64,000 nt of DNA, from the NCBI RefSeq assembly GCF_009914755.1, contig NC_060936.1, one strand, 5' to 3'. The position numbers and the translations under genes were made by a program. The notes beneath the pieces are model-generated. The model searched no databases. It saw nothing but the letters and a program-made list of their open reading frames with translations, and was not told the origin of the DNA. Shown one piece after another: positions 55,946 to 64,000 of the stretch. Source of the DNA: the human T2T-CHM13v2.0 reference genome, Homo sapiens. The first letter of the stretch is position 1; every line of letters starts with the position of its first letter.

Positions 55946-56094
55946 TTAGATGGCAGAAATCTTACATAATAGCGAATGCTCTGTATCCTAAGTTCATGTT
56001 CTCAAACAATCTTCTGATCACTATCAGACATTCTCTACTTCCCTTCTCACTTCAGTTTCCTGACAGAATAGTCTATACCTAAAAACAATAGGGG

Positions 56095-56825
56095 CAGCCA
56101 TTTATGGAGCACTTACTATGTGCTAGAAGAACTAAATAATTCTCGTACATTATTTCATTAAATTTAATTCTCATGACAACTCTATGAGGTAACTCCAATT
56201 ATTAACCCCTTTGTACAGATGAGAAAACTGAGGCTTATGGAGCAGAAGTATCTTGCCTAAGTTACACAATTAGTAAGTGGCAAAGTCCTTCTGACTCAGG
56301 GTCCATCTGACACCCAAGGTGTTAACTTCTTTCTCAAGCTCTACAGGATAAAATCCCAGCTCTTAGCATACATGAAGGGGCCTCTCTTACACATCTGCTG
56401 CCTGCCTCACCAACTCTGGATGCCACTGCACCCTCCTTCTCCACCTACTGAGCCTCCTCCATCCTTACACTTCACACTCCAGCAACAGTCACCTATTTGT
56501 ACCATGTTGGTGCCTCTGGCTACAAAGCCCACTTCCTCCTCTTGTCCACCTAGTAAATTCCTATCCATCCTCTAAAACCTCTACACATATTGCCTCCTCT
56601 GAGAGCTTTCCCTGACCTCCCTGAAGTTCCTGTCTCTCCTCTGTGCTGCCTCTGTGTCTTCTATTGTTGCTGATACCTCATGATGTGAGACACCATGTTA
56701 CAGTTAGGTGTTTTATGGTTATGCCTCCATTAGGGACATGGACAAGATTTCTTCATCACAGTATCCCCAGCACTAGCACATGCCAGGCATATGATATATG
56801 CTTAATGAATATTTGTTGAACTGAC
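56095..56825 (-). mobile_element. MIR followed by an L2 3' remnant
   Basis: TACAGATGAGAAAACTGAGGC; GTATCCCCAGCACTAGCACATGCC...AATATTTGTTGAA. Confidence 0.55.
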
Positions 56826-57398
56826 TTTCTTCACTGGCTCTAAGAGTATAGTCCTGAGACTAATTATTCTGTCTGCCAGTTCTCCTTTGGGAAATAAGCT
56901 TGTGCTGTAATTTATGAGATGGTCTCTTTAAAGTCAGAATTTTTGAATTGCTTTACCAGCAGCTGTACACCTCTTTCAGTGAGCTAATTAAGTCAAACCA
57001 AAAATATGGAGGACACGCTTTTGTTTCCACTAACATTTATTAAGTATCAATTTTGTGCCAGTAATTGCACAAGACATCCTCGTGTTGTCTCATTTTAGCT
57101 TAACAACAATTTAGGGGCATTAGTCTTCCTGTTTTATAGCTAACGAAATGAGGTTCAAGAAGATTGAGAACTTTGTTCATTATTGCCACTTAGTTTCAGA
57201 GTCTAAATCTGAATTCAAAGCTATTGACTTGAAGTCTAGGATCCTCCCAGGAACCACAGGGACCTGTTCAGATGCAACGTGGTAGCCCCAACCTGAATGT
57301 GTGCTAGCCTCTCACTCGCTTTTGCATCCTGTTGCATCCTGATGGCATCATCATGGCCTGGGGATCTATGAGAAATCTCTGAGCATTTTCAAAACAAA

Positions 57399-57592
57399 CA
57401 TTTCCCCCCTGAGTTCCTCCCTGGGCCTCACTTCACGTCTCCCACGCTCACAGTGGTTGAGCCCTCCTCTGTCCTGCTCCATCTCCTCCTAGAGCAGAGA
57501 CCCAGCCACATCCAGGTTGAGTCCTGTCAACCTAGGACTGACAGGCTTGTTACACTGGGCCCCACAGCTTTATGAAAAGAATCTGCAATTGT
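57399..57592 (+). repeat. Dispersed ~190-bp direct copy of KRT73 intron 6 (61445-61634)
   Basis: Shared blocks GAGCAGAGACCCAGCCACATCCAGGT and CTGGGCCCCACAGCTTTATGAAAA. Confidence 0.9.
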
Positions 57593-58178
57593 GTGTGTAA
57601 CAGAGAGCCCCATTCTTAAACATATACGCATATGCACACACATATTCATACATACATAAACAAACTCATAGCCTGGGTGATCTCATATACAGATGTTTAT
57701 GTATATACACATATACATAAACACCCGTGCTCAACTCAGTGGGAACTTTACTAAGGGCCAAGAGAACACGTGTCATTACCTCAAAGAGGAGTCTCTACCT
57801 TTGGGCCTTTTCTTAGGGGACATGGAGCCATCATAATTCGACCTAGGCTACCTAGAACTGGCCTTCTGCTGCCTCTTGACCAGTTTTAAATCTTGACACC
57901 AGGCAAGTGTGGGCTCCTTCTCCCTGCCAATAACCCAAATGTTCTTAGAGATCCCCCATTCACTGGAGAATTGGCCTGAGAAAAGCAAGACTTAGAAGGT
58001 GATGGTGAGATCACTCAGGCTGAATAGGGTCTCTTTCACTCAGATCAAAAGATCCTTCCAGACTTCAGGTGCCCCAGGCTCCCATTCATTGACCACTCCA
58101 CAGGCAGAAGACACATGGACTGAGATGAGGACTCCCTTAGGAGAGAGAATCAGCCTGACCCCACGTGGGCTTTATAAG

Positions 58179-58184
58179 TTTATT
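58179..58184 (-). terminator. KRT73 polyadenylation signal AATAAA
   Basis: About 610 nt after the stop codon. Confidence 0.7.
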
Positions 58185-58791
58185 GGTAAGACACAGGAGC
58201 AGGGAGGTGAGGCCTAAACAAGGACAAGTACCCACAGATGAAGAGCACAAATCCCTTGGTTGGTAGAATTAGCCTCAAGGGGTACTCCTGGCTATGTAAT
58301 ATGCAGTGGCTATACAAGATACAACTTCCCACCAGGTGTTTTGCCTGAGCCAGTATTGCTCTAACATGAGAGAGTTCCTGCAGGTCTATCAGTAGATCTG
58401 AAAACTTGTGTACCCAGGGAGCACATGGCCAAATAGTTACTGAGACAGGGTATGAAAGAGCAGCACAGGCAGATTGGGGTTACCCTTGAGAGACAGCCTT
58501 CCTCTGCACAGGGACATGCAGGCAGAGAAAAGGCCAAGTCTTCTTCCAGAAGGGGAGGCTGAGTTAAAAGGCCTCTTTGGATGGAGGCAGAAAGATGGGC
58601 TCCAGCTCTCAAATCCTGATTCAACATTAACAAAGACTGAGGCAGAGAGGTCAAGGAGAAGGAGGAGAGGTCCACAGCAAAGCAAAGCAAGAAGGAGATG
58701 AGGACAAATGAGACAGAGGAATTTCCTAGAAGAGTCCGGAGCAGTCTGCCAGGGCAAGGCAGACTACTGGGAAATGGGCTGTGTTGCACTT

Positions 58792-59048
58792 TTATCTCAT
58801 GGTTTTTTTGGTGGGTGAGCTTAGAGCTAAGGTCTTTCCCTGGGAGTCCCTGAATTCACTTGCACTCCCCAGCCTGGTCCTGGCTTCCCCACGGGGGCTA
58901 CAGTTCCCACTGCCAGTGACACAGCCCCCAGGCAGCATGCTGTAGCCCCCGCTGACAGAGCTGGGCCAGTAGCCGTAGGTGCCAGCATTGCTGAATCCAA
59001 AGCCAGCCCCTGTGCCTGCCATCCCGGCCATGGAGCTGTTGATGACCG
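58792..59048 (-). CDS. KRT73: KRT73 exon 9 coding part (tail, TAA stop)
   Basis: CAG|CGGTCATCAAC; in frame to the stop at 58792. Confidence 0.92.
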
Positions 59049-61921
59049 CTGCAGAGGAGGGAGGGACGAGTGATCAGTGTATATCCCAGGACAGAGGTGG
59101 CCTTAAGTCCCCCTCCAACCTCCCAGCCCCACTAGCTTAAATACCTCCTTCTTAAGCAAACACTTCCCATCAACCATGAACTTGGGTTCATTTGAGCAAC
59201 TCAAGCGCGGGAAGAATAGCCCCAGTCCTGCAAGACTCCCAAGTCAGTCACCTTGTCATTCTATGAACAAACAGGAGTAGCAAGGGCTTTCCCCAGGGGA
59301 CAGATGATGCTTGAGCATCAGATAAGCCAGCAGGTTCTTGCATTTAGCTTTACAATACCTTCTGAGTATTTTTCAAAAGAATTTCCTGATTGTTAAAATT
59401 AGGGAGTTTCTGCTGGTCCCACTATAAGAAAGAGACTGCCAAACCCTGTGGGGCCAGCATTAAACTGGCTTGCACAGTGGTCCACACACCAGTCTCCACT
59501 CCCATTGAGGAGGCACCACTCTGTGCTCAGTTTCCTTCATGCAGGAGAGCCGGTGTGGGGGTGACAGAAGAGGGGAGGGGCTGAGAGTTTCACCACAGCA
59601 GGCAGGAGATTGCTATGAAAGAGGCTAGTGTGCAGTATCAGAATGTCCTGGGCACTAGCTCCACCTGGAAGAAGTAGCTCTGAATGGGGAGGCCGCAGGT
59701 CTCAGCAAGGAAGGTGAGTATGTGACCAAGTGGTCAACAGGCAGAGCCAAGCTCTTCCTCAGGGGGCCGGGCGGTGGACACCCACCCACTTTGTGTTTGT
59801 TGATGGACTAAAAGTATTCCCTCAGAGTCATGAAATACTCACAAATGCTCACGGAGTTGGTATATTCTCCGGACATCCTGCAAGAGAGAAAAGCACAGGA
59901 GAGTCTGAATCACGTGGACTCCCATAGTGGCCCTCACTGCCTAAACACAGGCTGGGGATCCCCAGCCAGACCAGCTCAGCCTTCACGCACCCCACACTTG
60001 CCAGATGGCACTGGCTGCCCTTGCATGTCTCTAAGCCCTCCCTCTCGCTCCTCAATCTACTCTTCCCACTGCAGAGATGTGGAACCTGCAACTTTGGAAC
60101 CCCCAACAACATTACCACCCCCAAGGTCCCTCCTGCAGGGTTTCTCTTGAACCCATTTCTTTACTACTGTGAGCAGCTGTCTGAATAAATACATATGTGG
60201 AAAGATCAGGATCAGGAGTTGCTACTAATGAACGAACTGTATGATTTTGGGGCAAGTGACTTCTCTCCAGGTCTCAGTTATAAAATGGTGCTTGGTTAGA
60301 ACAGGGTTTTTCAAATGTTCATGCTTCGTGTGCCACCCTTCTGACTGTTGCTAGGACCATGTTTGACTTGTACCGTTAGATATTTAGTATTTTTAATTGA
60401 CTCTGCCTTTTACGACAAAAGTGCATTTCTTTTAAAAAGAAGTTTTTTATCACCAGGGTAAATAGAAACCAGTATTATTACCTAACCAAATAAGAAAAAA
60501 AGTAGCAGTAAAAATAAATATAATGAAAAGAAAACAATTTAAAACTTTTGGGCTAAATAATGCTATTATTTTCCCAGAGATGCTGCACCTGAGATCTACT
60601 GTCTCTTTATCAATAGGGGATATTTGTAAGTGTCTGAGAGGTGTTTTTGTGTTTTGTCTGTTTGTTTGTTTGTTTGTTTGTTTTTGAGATGGAGTCTCAT
60701 TCTGTCACCCAAGCTGGAGGACAGTAGCAGGATCTCAGCTCACTGCAACCTCAGCCTCCTGGGTTCAAGCGATTCTCCTGACTCAGCCTCCCAAGTAGCT
60801 AAGATTACAGGCATGCACCACCACATCCAGCTAACTTTTGTATTTTTAGTAGAGACGAGGTTTCTCCAATGTTGGCCAGGCTGGTCTCAAACTCCTGACC
60901 TCAGGTGATCCACCCGCCTCAGCCTCCCAAAGTGCTGGGATTACAGGCACGAACCACTGCGCCTGGCCATCTGAGAGGTGTTAAAGACACAACAGCACCC
61001 AGCTAAGACTTTCTCCAAAGAGTCAAAAGAGAACTGTAAAGGAAATTGCTGTCACATTATCTGGCAGGATGCTGTTTGAAACTATGCTTGTGGGTGAAGT
61101 AAACACATCGCCAGCTCGCCGCCCCCTCCCCCCCGCCCCCAACCACACTCTGGGAAACTTTAAGGTGGAGACTTGCAGTTTCTTCCAGTCCCTCGGTCCC
61201 ACCCACCTGCACTCCTCGCCCTCCAGCAGCTTGCGGTAGGTGGCGATCTCAATATCCAGGGACAGCTTCACGCTCAAAAGCTCTTGGTACTCGCGCAGCA
61301 TCCGTGCCAGCTCCTCCTTGGCCTGCTGCAGGGCGCCCTCCAGCTCATCCAGCTTGGCCCTGGCATCCTTGAGGGCACAGTCCCCCCGCTGCTCGGCGTC
61401 AGCGATGGCCGTCTCCAGGTTGGCACACTGGGGTCAGGAGGTAGCATTTCTCCCTGAGTTCCTCCCTGGGCCTCGCTTCACCTCTCCCATGCTCTCAATG
61501 GCTGAGCCCTCCTCTGTCCTGCCCCATGTCCTGGAGCAGAGACCCAGCCACATCCAGGTGGAGTCCTGTCAACCTGAGACTGAGAGGCTTGCTACGCTGG
61601 GCCCCACAGCTTTATGAAAATAATCTGCAATTGTTCCAAACTTCAGATGGGAGCTAAGGGTGAGGGATGAGAGCAGGACCTCCATTTGAAGAAGGGGATT
61701 CTGAAATGGATGCTCAAGAGAAGGAGGGGGCAGGGGGTGCTAAGCAGTTCACCCCTCCCTTAGGAGTGAGTAAGGAAGGCTCCAGTCCCCTTCACCTGCT
61801 TCTTCACACTCTCAATCTCCGAGCGCAGTCTTTGGATGAGACGGGTCAGCTCTGAGATCTCATTTTTGGTGTGTTTCAGGTCATCCCCATGCCGGCCGGC
61901 TGCTAGCTGCAGCTCCTGGAA
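58792..61921 (-). CDS. KRT73: Keratin 73, 3' partial: join(61796..61921,61207..61427,59843..59877,58792..59048); exons 1-5 lie right of the window
   Basis: [31 protein letters not shown], tail [22 protein letters not shown]...TKKTMR*; position in cluster order 71-74-72-73. Confidence 0.93.
59843..59877 (-). CDS. KRT73: KRT73 exon 8 (35 nt)
   Basis: [11 protein letters not shown]|GTGAGT. Confidence 0.92.
60646..60968 (-). mobile_element. Alu (AluS-like) in KRT73 intron 7
   Basis: (TTTG)n tail; TSD TCTGAGAGGTGTT at 60633-60645 and 60970-60982. Confidence 0.95.
61207..61427 (-). CDS. KRT73: KRT73 exon 7 (221 nt)
   Basis: [10 protein letters not shown]...LLEGEECR|GTGGG. Confidence 0.94.
61796..61921 (-). 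CDS. KRT73: KRT73 exon 6 (126 nt)
   Basis: TAG|TTCCAG ... ESVKKQ|GTGAA. Confidence 0.93.
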
Positions 61922-64000
61922 CTAGAGGAAAAGGAACCAAAGCAAGAACACTGACTCAGGGCTTGGCTGGGATCAGCCTGGTACAGAGACTGTGCCTGCA
62001 CTTGCAGAGCCTGGCAGAGGTGGGTCCAGGTCCCCCGCCTCACCATGTCTATCAGCAGCCTCCCATTAAAGCATTGGGCCATTGCATTTGCTTGCCTTAA
62101 GCACAGCTGATCTCATGGATGGTTAGAATTGGCCATAAGGACTGTTGAATGTCCCAGACTCTCCATATGGCAACTTTATAACACACTACTCCAATTATGA
62201 CGTTCCTCTGCCTATCGTCCTTCAAAGTCAAGGTCAAATTCAAACTCTTACATGGCATCCAGGGGCTCATTTCTTTCTGCCCTTGCCTAACACCTATCTG
62301 ACTCCCAAGCTCGGCCAAACAGTCCCACACTTCCCCCAGATGTCCCACGTGTTCTTTTGTCTCTGAGTCTTTGCCTGAGCCTCTCCTCTGACCTGAAAAA
62401 CCCTCCCCCATCCATCCTCCTTTTTCCCTAGCTAGCTCCAACTTAACCAGTGCAGAGTCCCTTCCTCCATGAGGCCTTCCGTGATGCCCTGGTTGGGTGC
62501 AATTCTATTCCATTGCCACTGGCACACCAGTCCATAGGTCTCCCCACACTGTAGTGTATTGTGAACCTGTTTCCATGTGTTCTCCATCCGACCCAGAATG
62601 AATGGATGACAGAGACTTTTTCTTTTAACTTTGAATTCCCAGTACCTAGCATAGTGCCTAGTTGGTGCTCAAAAAAAGTCTGATGAATGAATGAGTGAGC
62701 CAATGAGCTGTCCATCTGTATTTTCTGTGACTCCCTCCCTTTGATACCTTAGCTGGGCCCCAGCCCACAGGCAGCTTTCCAGGGCTGGGATGGAGGGAGG
62801 GATTAGCATGGAGGAACATTTTGTGTGCATGATGGGGGTGGATTCAGCTATACCCCAAAACCACTAGCCATGAATTTTAGGTCATCTACTAATTCGGGAT
62901 TATTTCTGTCTTTGTTGTCATCTATTAAACAGTCACAGAGAGTACATCAGTTCTACTCAGAATGTGGCTCAAGGGGAAAACAAAACAGGGACCCTTCAGC
63001 ACTCTGGTGTACTGCTCTGTCTCTGTCACTGGGTGCTCCACCCCAGCATGGCCCAAGATTTAGGATTGTTCCTAAAGATGTCAAGTTATCCAGAAAGCAG
63101 AGAAGGCAGAAGGGCTTCTCTCTTCACTCCTTGTATTTTATCTTTGGTGCCAACCCTAAACAAGGGGCCTTCTCCTGCTTCTCCGCAAGGCTGTGTGAGC
63201 AGGATGCCTCCCCGTACACTGGTTCTGACACCAAGCAGCTTCATTCTGAGACAAACAGATGAACATCTTCCTGCCACTCCTCTGTCAAGCCACACAAAGC
63301 CCTTAGAGTAAATGCTTCTTTCCCAGAGTCACCTTCTGATTTTCTGCCTAAATGCAGTGGAATTTGAAGTCAGTCACCTAGATTCTGATCCAGCTGCGTC
63401 ACTTGTCAGCTATTGCCTTTGGTAAGTAGCTTGAACTCCCTGGGCCCTACGTTCTTTATCTTTAAAAAGGAATCATCAAAATAAGCAATAATAATACTGT
63501 TATGATTCTGGGCATTCCTGACCCTAGCTTGCAATACTAATGTGGAAGGCTTTGGGGACTGAAGAGTTGAGTTTGAACCTTTACCAAGAAGCCCTAGCCT
63601 ATGTCTCCTAGACCTTGAAAGCCTCTCTCCTCCACCACTGCAGGCTAGCAAGGAGGCAGGGAGAGGGATGAGATAAGATCTCCCAAGAGTGTGGATTCCC
63701 TTGAGAAAGAGCCTGATAAACAGCAAGGAACAATCAGGAAGTTGCCATCTTGATCTGAGAAACCAAATTATCTAAAGAATCACTTCCCACCCACTACCAT
63801 TAGGGGAGTTAAGATCTGAGGCCTCAAACTTCTGCTTTATCCTTGGAGTTAGACTTGAATGAAAAGGTAGAAATTACTTGATTCCAGATCACACTGAAGA
63901 GACCCCCTCATTTATGATAATTAGCGGGGGAGTTGAGATGCCAACTACTCATGTGGCTTCTCCCCTCCAGACAGAACTCTCTGCCTCCAGGGAGTGGTTT

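Noticed and set aside
59000-64000. Recalled antisense lncRNA KRT73-AS1 overlapping KRT73
   Set aside because: I cannot place its exons or TSS from sequence alone, so it is not annotated.

Overview
Human-type genomic DNA from the type II keratin cluster (12q13.13 by recognition), covering the inner-root-sheath keratin genes, all on the minus strand. From left to right: KRT71 (exons 1-2 only), complete KRT74 (9 exons, 529 aa), complete KRT72 (9 exons, 511 aa) and KRT73 (exons 6-9 only). I read every exon boundary from GT/AG sites; internal exon sizes follow the type II keratin pattern 215/61/96/165/126/221/35 nt. The rest is intronic or intergenic DNA rich in Alu, L1, MIR/L2, LTR and DNA-transposon fossils, and nearly all other ORFs in the track are shadow or repeat ORFs. 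I see no novel gene system. The best leads are: (1) a 74-nt hairpin in KRT72 intron 5 next to the exon 6 acceptor, stable preferentially on the transcribed strand; (2) five substitutions at paralog-conserved rod residues in KRT74 and KRT72 on this one haplotype; (3) a positionally conserved homeodomain+GATA promoter module; (4) a ~190-bp copy of KRT73 intron 6 downstream of the gene; (5) a possible inverted keratin exon-2 remnant.
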